Assembly: GCA_973895155.1 (NCBI GenBank)
Contig: OZ316891.1
Location: 21,216,169 to 21,280,168, forward strand
Length of the DNA: 64,000 nucleotides
From: Marsupella aquatica
Lineage: Eukaryota; Plantae; Marchantiophyta
Direction: 5' to 3'
Below the pieces are notes generated by a model. It had not been told where the DNA came from and did not search any database. It saw only the letters and a program-made list of their open reading frames with translations. The position numbers were made by a program, and so were the translations under genes. Every line of letters starts with the position of its first letter. The stretch's first letter is position 1. Shown in pieces: positions 37,828-49,100 of this stretch.

Positions 37828-39930
37828 CTACAAGAGTCCAAAAGCAACTTTGCATTTTTCTTTGAACTCGTCCTCACTTATCAGCTCCAATGCTCGCTGC
37901 GTAATGTAATGTCTGCCAACACATTTTGCTTGGCTTGAAATGCGCTTCTCTCTTCTGATTCTTTTCTCCAAGCTGCAGATTCTGCTTGACGAGCCAAGGA
38001 CTCCTCTTGCTTTGTTTTCTCATCCAGGCCCTTCTCAGAAGTAATGCTTTTAAACATCCCCATCATCTCATCAAGGTTCTCCCATGCTCGCTTCAGGCTG
38101 TCCTTCTTGGTGGGAGGCTTCTTTTTTGTGTCATCACCTGGATTTGTGGATGGGGTGACTGGTCGGGGTGGTGCCACAGATCCAGAACACTCTGGATTAC
38201 TCACTGCAGGGCTGTTTGTGCCAGCCATAGCCCCTTCCCTAACTTTCAAAATGTTCCTGGCCTTCCAGGAAGGGGTGTCCTTTAGCTTAAACATCAGATT
38301 TGCATCTTGCAGAGTTGCTCCATCCCCGTTCTTAGGGTTGTTCACTCCTGACTGCATATCTTTGAGGCTGTCCCTTAGATGGTCTTCAAGAGTCTCCTCC
38401 TCAAATGGTGATCTTGGAAATATCGCCTTGTAGTCAACATAGATCTTCTCCCACACCTTAGCTGGGACAAGTTGTTTCACTTTTTGCTTTCGCCCTTTGC
38501 TGAATTCAGAAAAATGTTTCCAATAAGCTCTCACCAGAGGGCCAACGTGATCATTGTCCACCACCTTCCTCACCTTCTGTTTTTTTTGTTTCTTTAGAGA
38601 CCTTCTCCATCACTCTTCTCACGATTCTTCTGTTTTCGCTTGGGCTGCATCTATAGACTCTGTCCAGAGGACTCGCTTCCAGAATTGTCACTCTCCGAGG
38701 TAGCAGCCATTTCCTCTTCCTTATTGCTGCTGCTACTATCCGACAAGGTGACTTGCTGGGGGCTTTCAAATACCATATGCCCAGAAACTAGATTGTCTAC
38801 CTCAGCATCAACTGTGGATGGGTGGACTGTGGTATCCAAGCAAACAAAGCTGTGATTCACGAATCCAAACTCCTTCACCTTGTTGTCCAAGATCTCCACC
38901 GCGAAATTGGCCATCCCTCATGAGAAAGTGGGACAATAAAGCAAGAGTGAATTGAATCTAATTGATTACATGCAACTCAGAATGAAAGAAGAGGCCAATT
39001 CAATCCACTCCATCGCAAGCTACAAATACAGAGACATCCACCATGATAGCAATTGAAATAAGACTAGCATTTTCATCACTGTGCTCAATTAATTCAAATG
39101 GTCTCGGTAGCACTTCAATTTTTAGAAGTCCAAAGCGAAGTACAGGTTGATTATTCAGGACCAAGGCCAAATTAACATAACAATGCTCTATTCATGAACA
39201 CAGAGCTTTGATCAAGGATTAGCTAAGGGTTGTGTTCACTATAGTATGAATCAAATAGATCCAAACAAGCACAGTCGAAGGCAGATACTGATGGAAATTG
39301 ATGTTTTGCCCCAGTGTCCAGATTGATCGCAATCATCGATCTTGAGTGATGCCAGGTACTGATTTGCAGACAAAGATTGATACTAAACGTACTGAATCGG
39401 AAATCCACTTCATGATTCCACTAAAAGAGATCAATGTTCCTCTCTCTTGATTCCACTCGATTGCTCAATTGACCACATTGGAGCTGCAACAAACGAATTG
39501 CACAAATCCAGCCATAGCTTTATTGTATATGCTTTCCATTCCTCGTTTGCTGAACGGGAGAGTTTGAAGTAATTAGGACATGCCTGGATTGTTCTTGTCA
39601 CCCTCGTCTGCTGTTGTTGCCACCTTGCTAGCCAGCTCAAGATTGATGGGCGCTACAGGGTGCTCTGCCACGCGTTCTGCTTGCAATGTCAAGCCCCCTC
39701 CCAGTGTTGAACACTCTAAAGGTGCGAGCACTTCAGGAGATACCCCGCTCACCTCCCGGCTCTCGTTTGATGGTTGTTTTGCTCTCATCTTGCTCACACC
39801 CTTCTTTTTCGTGTCTCTTGAGATTGCCTCCATTGTGCCTACGTCGAGCACTATCATTCGGCTTCAAAGCTCCCTCTCTGCTGCCATTTCTAATGAATCC
39901 TCACCCTCAACGTGCTTGCAGCGCCTATGA
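37828..39930 (-). pseudogene. Second Harbinger ORF (Myb/SANT-trihelix-like DNA-binding protein) with a long decayed N-terminal region
   Basis: LVRAYWKHFSEF...KVWEKIYVDYKAIFP...LEDHLRD resembles a trihelix/SANT pattern, followed by a Pro/Lys-rich linker and a helical C-terminus. Upstream fragments (38651-38914 and beyond) read on through stops and frameshifts. The 5' limit is uncertain. Confidence 0.6.
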
Positions 39931-40677
39931 TCTTGGAGAGAAATCCCTAATCCAGACTGAAAACTTTTTTCTACTCGTTGCACACCAAGAAATTTTCTCA
40001 CTCGGCTCTTGGTCACTTTGTATGTGAGTAAACTAACCTGAGTTAGTTTTCAATCGGTTCATCTTGGGTTTAAGCTAGCTGCCCTCCACTCATTCGACAT
40101 TTTCTCACTTTATGGATATCTTTATTGTCAATAAAGATATTCTAATTTACAATATAAATATTATTTTTATTGTATATTTACAAATATGTCATGGTTTTTC
40201 TATATTCAAACCTTGGTTACTTTGTTGCACCTGTCATCTTTACACAAAATTGGGATGTATTTGTAAATACACCAAAAAAACATGGTAGTATTTTCAATTT
40301 GAACATCTTTCGCGTCAAAGTAAGTAAAAGTTGTTGACCCTTTTTGGTAATAGTCATTTTTCTCATTTTGAGTAATTATCAGAGAAAATGGTGCCCAGCT
40401 AGAGGCCTTCTTGGCACAGAGTAGAACAATGTTTTTTAATACATGGAGGGAAACCAAACAAGAAACAGCTCGGCCATTCTTCTCAACCATACCATGCCAA
40501 AAGGAATAGGTGTACATGTCCAATTAACTTTCCCCCCATTCCATGCGTCCACATCGATTCTCCACCAAATCATCGTCATCAAAGACTAGTTTATTTCAAT
40601 ATAAATAAATAGTTTTGTCCTTTATAAAATGAGTCAATCATAGCCCTTCATCAAAAATTATTTTTTTGGGTACCATT

Positions 40678-41021
40678 TGTTAGATATTGCTCTAGTCTTG
40701 TGACTCATGAGCTAACCATAGTTAGTCTAACTTGGGTTAGGACTTAGCTAATGTTAGCAGTAGTGCTGGTGTGCATATAGCCAGGGCTGATGCCAGACCC
40801 TGGTGGAACTTAGGCTCATTGTTACGGAGCTAGTTGAGAGATAGGGAGAGCTTGTGCTGTGGATGCTTGGTGTGGCATGTTGGCCTAGAGTGCAGTAAAG
40901 CTCTTGTGTGTTCCCGTGGACGTAGCCTCATGTGGAGGTGAACGACATATCTCTCTGTGTCGACTCTTGTGCGTTGGATGATTCATGGGCTTGCCATTGC
41001 AAATGTCGTCTATGCTCAACA
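40678..41021 (+). repeat. Copia 5' LTR (344 bp)
   Basis: Direct repeat of 58384-58726; by eye about 17 substitutions plus 1 indel. Confidence 0.97.
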
Positions 41022-41750
41022 AGTGGTATCAGAGCATGCCTGGGAGGTGACAAGGTTTTTTCGTGACAGGTTTTTTCCAGCGTTCATTGTCGGTGGCACA
41101 TTCAGAGTTTCGTTGCATGAAACTTGAATGTGTGTGGCTGTGCGGATAGGTTAGTGAGAGGGCTTTCTAACGGTGGTTAGAACTTGTTGATCGGTATCCG
41201 TGGTGCGGAGGAATTGAAGTTTGCGTCGTTCAGGTTTTATTCGTGTTCGACGGATTTTCGGGGGAGAGACCAGAGTTTGCATTATTCAACGGTGTGTGTT
41301 GTGCGGTGCGGGAGGGATCGCACATTATAGCTCAAGTTGAAGGTTGAAGCGAGCTGGTCGTTTTGGTAGCTGGATTGTTGCCGAGTTGTTATCGAGTGTG
41401 TCGTGACGAGTGACGGAGGCATTCAGGTTTTTTCACAAGCTCTGGAGCTTGTTCCCATCTGAACCGGGTTTCTCTTTGTGACGTCCGACTCGGTGGAAGA
41501 AACGCAAAGTGCCACGGCTCAATGGTTTGATCGCGGCAAGGCGGTTGTTTTGAGCCCAGGATTGGCACTTGACGCGGAGTGAAGATGACACGGCAAATTT
41601 TTTTACTCAGCTGGGGCTGCAGACTGTGCCGGTGCAATTCGACAACTTTTTCCGTCAGCGGCGTTCACTTTCTTTGTTTCAATTAGCGGCTATTGAAGTG
41701 AGTTTTTTCCTTGTCACTTTGGGGGGAGTTTTTTGAATTTTAAGGGGGTT

Positions 41751-42215
41751 TGTAACCCTTTGTGTGTGTACAAACACACGACCCTGGCCCTATGTACTAG
41801 TATACCCCCCCGCACCCCGATTTTTGCAGCTGGCTGCGTTTACCCTCCCGGCCCTTTGCGATCCCGTGAACAGGGGCTCGCTGCCCCATCCTGCGCCCCC
41901 GTCGTGCCTTAGGGTTAACATGCGACCTGCCGGCCGCGTTTAAGCCCTGCCCGGCCCTGCCTTCGACTTGACCCTTTGCGAACCCTATGGCTCGCCCTTG
42001 CTCTGACTGCCTGCCTAGCGAGTCGGGGCCGCGCCTTGACTTCCACCCCCGGTCTGATTTTTGGTTATACATGGCTGCGTACACAGGTGCTTGTATCCCC
42101 TGTGCGTAATCCTGCCTGGCCCGCCTTTTGTTTATACTTGTATTTTTGCTAAGGGGCACTAACCACCCCCTTTAAGGCACTTTTTATAGCATTTTTTCTT
42201 CCCCTTTTGTTCACA
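41751..42215 (+). mobile_element. Probable 3' LTR remnant of another LTR element
   Basis: Begins TGTAAC right after a PPT-like aagggggtt and ends gttcACA exactly where the truncated chromovirus 5' LTR begins. It has no matching TSD and no second copy in the window. Confidence 0.5.
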
Positions 42216-43422
42216 ACGGGCTAAGGCACTCCGCTTGCGGATGCCTATCAAGAAAGTTATGGGCGTTGCCAGTTGGTGGCGCGCCCATTATGCACGATGG
42301 GATCTGGGTTGGGGGCCAAATGTTTAGGGACCAAAGTTGGTCCGGGGGTGGCAGGTCTCCAGAAGCATATATGAGGGGAGTGGTGTCTCCCTGGGGGCTA
42401 AGGCCGAGCCAAAGTCGCGAACGCAGCGGTCGCGACACTAAGGGAAACCGTCAAACAGAAATAGCGATATCTTCCCAACGGGAAGTCCTCCAAAGTCCGT
42501 TGGAGGACTTCTTAGGTGCGTTGGAAAGCTCTTGAGGAGGGCTACGCCCTCCTGAGCTCAGCTGGGTCTGGGGGTGCCATGGGTTCTCGTGGTTTGTGGG
42601 TGTTAGCTCGCCCACTTGCCAAATCCTGCCGAACAGCAGCCAAGCCGCGTTCAGCCTCCCAAGAGAGCTTGCGTTGGGGAGGCAAGGCCAAGTAGGTATG
42701 GAGGCTGAGTCCCAAGGGCGCTCGGTCCCTAGACCATGAGTGGGGCAAACCGGGAGTGAGTGTTAGAGTCGGGGCCGTTCTGGTCCCGACGTGTTGAGAC
42801 AAGCTTGGGACAAGCTTTAGGACAAGCTACGCTATTTGGGCCATGAGCATGTCCTGAGGTCAGGACGGTCAGTTGGTGATGGATAGGTACGAGGGGGAAC
42901 CCGGGCCGCGCCCAAGGAAGGAGCTATCCTGGACGGACAGTGGGCGTGGGTTCTGGTTCCGGCTTATGGCATCGGGAGGACCCATCGCTGACCTATTTAC
43001 CAACGTCTGTTGAGCTTGAGTTAGGATGCTAGACTTGGCGAGTTCTAGATCCGGAGGGGTTACTTATCGAGGTGCTTGGTTGCTTGTAGAGACAATGAGG
43101 ACCGTTGAGTAGCGGTCGTGTAGGTGAGCAAGTGTGGCTTCGTATGGGAGGGGCCGCAGGTGGTGCTAAAGGCACTTGGATGCTTGCTCGAGGTATTCCA
43201 TGGAGGCGTTCGGGCACCAAGGGCACTTAGGCGCAAGTGTTGGGATTGGTGAGGGCGCTGGGTGGCGAGGTCCACCACTTGTGGTATCAGAGCGATTGCC
43301 GGCTTAGACACCGGGCCGGGGTCGTGCTTAGTCGGAATCCAAAAATTAACGGATTTTTGCGGGGTCTTAGTGCTTCAACGTGCCCGGTGGGTCGACTGCG
43401 GGCAGATTTGGTCACTGGGAAC

Positions 43423-46133
43423 ATGGAGAAAAACACTCGTGCAAAGAGTGGCAAGGAGGCTTCCCCCACCAAGGGGAGAGCCCAAGTTCACGATGAACAG
43501 AAGGAGGACGGGCCGACTTCCCTTGATGAACGTTACAAGCAAGATGAAGAAGATGCAACGGCCGAACCATCGACCGCTACGGCAAACAAATCAAGTGCAG
43601 AGCGCCGTCAACTTAATGGGAAGGAGGCGGCTGATCCTTCAGAGGATGGGTCGGATGACAACAACTCTGACACAACTGCAAGCAACGACAATGTTGAAGC
43701 TGAGACAGAGGAAGAGGGTTAGGACCCGGAAGAGGAACTGATCCCAGCCTTGAGAGGGTTGAATGCGGAAATAGGGGATGATGCCGAGCCGGACATCATC
43801 GTGGATAATTTGACCAAGCAGAACCAGGATGACGCAGGTGATACCTCAATCCCGGGAGGTCATGGTGCTCGCAAGCCGCGGGGGTGTCACCAAAATCCAC
43901 AAGAGAACCTAAGAACAGGCGGCCCGCTAAGGAAAGACGGTTGGAGGACCGTCCTCATACAACCCGTAAGGGCCCAGCCGCTGACGACGGTCTGGGTCCG
44001 TTGACTCAAGACCAACGACTCATCTATGAGCAATTGGAACACAACAAGGGGGCCCAGATTAAGTACTTAGTCTGGGTAGTCAGAGTACGTCCCGTCCCGA
44101 GGGGGGAATGGTAGTTGGACGGAGTATGTTCCAAGTGAACCAGCTACTGACTCCTCCAACTTATGACGGGGCCTACGAACAAAGTGGACAAAAGTTCCTG
44201 AGTTGGCTCTCCACGATGGAGATTCATCTCCAAGCGTGCGTTGAGCGTTCCACTTGGGCTCCCGCAGCCGCTCCTTACCTGAAGGACTATGCCTTGACTT
44301 GGTACAAGTCATGGAAGAAGTCGCGAGAGGACTCCTCCTTGCCGTTAACTTGGGAAAACCTGGTTGAGGGTCTCCGTGCTCATGTCACCACTAAGTACCC
44401 GGAGCGGCACGCTCAGAAATGCGTAACGGAGATGAGTTTCAGGGGTGATATCCAAAAGTTCATCACTTATTACCAGAATCAGTTGGCATGTATCTGGCGG
44501 GACAAGAGACCCTACATACACAGCCTCACAACTTTATCGTGAAGCTCCCGCCGTTGCTCAGGGAAAAGTTGCAGGAAAAGCGTCATGAGTTCAAAACGCT
44601 TTTTGACGCCTTCGACAAGGCCACTACCTTGGTGAATAACCGACCGGACTTGGCAAAGGTGGGTGGCAAGGGATCCAAGGGGGAAGCTGGGAAAGCAAAA
44701 GGTCCCGAGAATAAGCGTAAGCAACCTGAGGGGGCGGGGGCCGGTGGTTCGGATCCCCAGCCCCAGAATGGAGAAGCTAAGCGAAACCGGAAGGCCGGCA
44801 ACTTTAAGAAAGGAGCCTCATCGGCATAGAAAGCAAAGAAGCAAGCAACCATGGAGCAGAGGCGGGCTGAACGTTCGTGCTTCACATGTGGTGCCATGGG
44901 CCATCAAAGTAAGGATTGTTCCACGAAAGGTGGCAAACCAAACGGAGATGGTGGAGGGCAGAAGGGCATTAAGGTAAGTATCGCTCCAACCAAACCCTTA
45001 GTAGCTGAAAAGGTCCCTGTAGGGGATGTCCCTGATGGAGAGAGGGTGTTGTTGCGAGAGAAGATACCTAAAGTTAAGACAATGGATCCTGAAAAACTGA
45101 TTTTTGTGAATGTCACTTCTAACGGTAATCTAGGTGTTGCTTTGGTGGATACAGGCACGACCGCTTGCTTCATAAGTGGGCAGGCGTCAACTCGTCTTGG
45201 GGTGGACATGCAAGAGTTGTTACAACCGTTAGTGTGCAAGTTCACCAATGACACGAAGGGGATAGTGTCGAGAGTAGTGCATAGACTTCGGGTAGAGATC
45301 ATAGGCGAACAACAAAATTTTGTTAGTAAGGAGATGTTCTACGTTCTTGATGGTCTAGCCGTAGACTTCATTTTGTCGGTAGGTTATCTCAGAAAGCACA
45401 ATGTTACCTTGAAATCGGGGGGTGATGTGCTCCATTTTCCCAATAAGGGCGGTGAGCCCATCGTTGTACACGAAATTACCGAAAATAAAGAAAGATTTCT
45501 TAAAGTAAGTAAAGTGTCGTGGATGTCTCCGTGTGTATCGGCGAAGCAATGGTGGAAAGACTTCAAGGGTGGACATGAATGTTTCTTCTTTCATCTCCAC
45601 CCAACTAAGGAGGCTGCGTTGCAGCCAAAGGTCAAGTCAGCTAAGGTCGGGCCTGACTGCGGTCGAATTCCTGAAATTTTAGAGGAATTCAACGACGGGC
45701 TCTCACAAAAGCTACCTAAAGATTTACCCCCGCAAAGAGAAGTGGATCACCAAGTTGAGTTGGAGCCAGGATCGGCTCCTCAGGCTAAAGCTCCTTATCG
45801 TCTGAACCTGAATGAGCGAATGATGTTGAAGAATGCCTTGGAAGAGTTGATCGAGCAAGGGTTCATTTGCCCTAGTAAGAGTCCTTACGGGGCGCCCGCG
45901 CTGTTTGTGTCCAAAAAGGATGGTACTTTGAGATTGTGCGCAGATTATCGGGCCCTCAATAAGCAGACGGTAAAGAACAAGTACCCGTTACCTCATATGG
46001 ATGACCTCTTCGATTGCCTCTCCGGGGCTAAGAAGTTTTCAAAGGTGGACTTGCGGTCTGGGTATTACCAGATCCGCATGGCTAAGGGAGACGAGTATAA
46101 GACCGTGATGCGCACAAGGTTTGGATCCTATGA
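43423..46133 (+). pseudogene. Chromovirus gag-protease-RT (N-terminal part), with stops and frameshifts
   Basis: Gag (YLKDYALTWY...LTWENL), knuckle [14 protein letters not shown], protease ALVDTGTT, and [32 protein letters not shown]...DLRSGYYQI...RTRFGSY, which is cut by the insertion. Confidence 0.93.
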
Positions 46134-49100
46134 TGTGATGCCTAGCCAGGAATCACTCAGCCAGTTAAGTGGGTAAAGCAAGAGTGCACCCTAGAAACAC
46201 CTTAGTATAGGGACAAAACAAGGAAAATATAAACAATTAGGGGCGACTATGGAACCCGGGCCGAGGCCGGAGGTAAGGACGCTGGGGGTGAAAACAAGAT
46301 TAGGGTTAGGGTGCGCTAAGCATCGGCGGCTAGGAAGGATCAACGGGAGAAAGGACCGGAAGAGGAGAGGGGTAAGGAGCGCTTGCAGGAGATGGTGACT
46401 CATGTGCGAGCACAAACTAGGCAGACAACTACGGGAGGCCAACTACTGTCAGCTGCTTAGGCAAGCACTCGGGGAGAGAGTAGATACCGACGATCGACCT
46501 AAGGAGGGTATGAGCAACGTCAATCAAGCGGCACATTTCTGGGGATGCCTGTTCGAATGGGCAACTGAGTACATCAAGACTTACGAGGATGAAGAATCAG
46601 AAAGGGCAGCTCGAGAACGACAGGAGCTCGCTCGATTGTGGGAGCTGCAGAAGACGGCTTTCTTAGGAGGCGAACTCATCAAGGCCGAGTTCTTGTGGAC
46701 TCCTACTTCCAATTAGCTCGACGATCTTCTGTTTTTCGAAGACAGAATCATCGGCATTCGAGAGGCCATCAAGAATTGCAATGATATACACTGGGAATTG
46801 AAGGGTAGCACGGAAAAGTGGACCCAGGCAATGGTGCTAGGAGAAACCTCCACGGCAGCCGAGATGAAGAGGAAGGGAGCCGTCAACAATGAAGCCACCC
46901 TGGCAAAAAGAACGAGGTCGGCGGCACCAAAGAAGCCAGCCGAGCAGCAGAGCAGGAGGCAGGGAGAAGCCGAAGAGGAGGAGGTCGATCCCATCAATGC
47001 CATTCCAACCAGGGATGACACCTGGAAGGGCTGGGCGGCAACCCTACCAGCGGAGGTGCAACTACATTTTGCACGGGAGGAGGATGCATGCTTTACGGCC
47101 ATGCAGACCAAGAAGTACCAAGGCTTCATGGCCGGATTCGGCTTAGAGGCCTTTGTAAGATTACCATGGCTGAAGCCGGAGGTACCGGATTCAGACCTAT
47201 TAGAATTCGTGGGGTCATGGGAACCCGAGACCAATTGCACGAGGATATATGGGAAGGATTTCTATCTTACTCCCAAGGTGATTGTCGAAGTGTTTGGCTT
47301 GCCGATAGGCAATAAGACCAAAGTTGATACCAGGAAGACCTTGCCTGACAAGGAGTTCCGGTCGTTCCCCGGGCCATCAACGAAGAATGGCTTCTTCTGG
47401 AACACCTGCACCAACCCGCACATAGGAGAGATGATCGACTTCTTGCGGGTGACCATGCATTGTAACTTGCCGAGGGCAGAGATCGGCAAGGCACAGGTCT
47501 ATCTGGCAGAGAGGCCAGACCCAAGCCGGGACTACAATGGGTACCTCCTCAACCAATTGAAGAAGATCTTAAAGGAGGAGCAGCAGGTAATCGGCATGGG
47601 GAGCGTGTCGCGGCTTGGCTATCACATGCCGCTGTTGTGCCGGTATGCCAGAGGTCAGACCTTTGCCCCAGTACTTCCCCTGCAGGTAAGGGCACCCGAA
47701 GAAGCTCCAGCACCGAGGCCGGTAGCAGAGAAGCCTCAACCACCTATTAGCCCTACGATTGAGCAGGTGTTTAGGCCAAGGAAGGAAGACTTGCCGATGC
47801 AGCAACCAAGCATACAGAATCTGCTGAAAATGCTGGAGAAGGAAAAGACGGCACCGGCACCGGCTTTGGCAGCAGCACCAATACAGGACACTGCCCCAGA
47901 GGTCAACCTAAGCAGAATCAGGCCAAAATCCAAGCCGGGTTCGAATGTACGTGGGAGTCTCAAGCTCTGAATCTGAGGCAGAATTGCCTGAAGCTCCTAC
48001 CGACGAAGAAGAGAGGGAGAAGCCGGAAGTCCAAGAAGTAGAGGAGGCAGTGGAGGACTGCAGCCATGATAACTTCGGCTATGGGTCGGACCATCATGTT
48101 CCAGGAGTAAGGACCTGTGGCCGGTTTATCCCCACACTTCCAAGGGTAGTACGAGGGGACCCCAACCAGCAGAGTAGCCCTGAGTCTCCCCCACCAGATG
48201 TTGCTCCCCCGAGCTTTGACAGCATAAAACAGACGGCGTAGGAATTTCAGGAGCGAATCAGGTAGGAAGAGAAGGCAGCCCTGGCTAGGGAAAAGGATTT
48301 GCCAGGAGGAGATTGGCCGGAGGACATCAGGCGGCTAGCCGAAAAAGGAAGCAAACCTCTAGCCACGATTGAAGAGATCTGCAAGACGGCTTGGGAGCAG
48401 AGGCCGCGATGGGCGATGCCGATCACTTCTACTTATTCCACCTACGCTAAGAATAGAGCCATGGAGTATGGTGAGATGTGTGGGGAACTTGCGCTCGGCA
48501 TCTTTGGGGAGGAGTTGGAGGTAGGACCCTTTTTCCATAGGGAGCAGTTGGAGAAGCACCAATTAGAAGAAGCGGTGGCTTTAGAGAGAAGCAAGAAGGA
48601 CGAGGTCATCCGGCGGCCAAGAAATCCCAAGATGAACTGCGGATTAAGCGGCATGAGCTGAACATCATGCAGGGGCAGTTGGACACAGCGCAGGCTGATA
48701 ATCAGATTATCAAGGATAAACTGACTCAGACCCAGGGAGAATTGGTCGACGCAATCAAGGACAGGGAGAAATGGAAGAAGGAGTTGAGAAACGCAGAGGA
48801 GGCCCATATAGCAGTCAACAACCGGGTCACGGCGAAAACTCAGAGAAGGGAGAGGGCGTTGAAGGGGGAGCTCGAGAAAATCCGCGGAGTCCTTGAGCAG
48901 AAGGAGGCCGAGTTAGGGAAATCCTATCAAGGGATTATTGCGCTACAGCAGGAACTTGCATCCCTGACGGCCAGCTTCAAGGCCGACCTGCAGGAGAAGG
49001 ACACCCAGCTCGACCAGACTTATGCCAAGATGAATAACATGGAGTCTGAGGTCATAGCGAAGCTCGACAAGGAGCTAAGAGAAACCCAGGAGGAGAGGGC

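Larger units (their letters stand above)
35682..40120. mobile_element. PIF/Harbinger-superfamily DNA transposon, two convergent genes, decayed
   Basis: Perfect 14-bp TIR GATATCCATAAAGT (35682-35695) / ACTTTATGGATATC (40107-40120), extendable by TAAA/TTTA. It carries a DDE transposase on + and a Myb/SANT-like ORF on -, with subterminal repeats gcagctc(t)gcccttggcctcgaca at ~35850-35945. Confidence 0.88.

Noticed and set aside
40116-40140. Perfect palindrome atatctttattg-t-caataaagatat at the Harbinger right end
   Set aside because: Could be a repair footprint, but it is short and AT-rich and cannot be interpreted without an empty site.
41024-41035. tRNA gene
   Set aside because: Only a 12-nt primer-binding site complementary to the tRNA-iMet 3' end (the same occurs at 43282).
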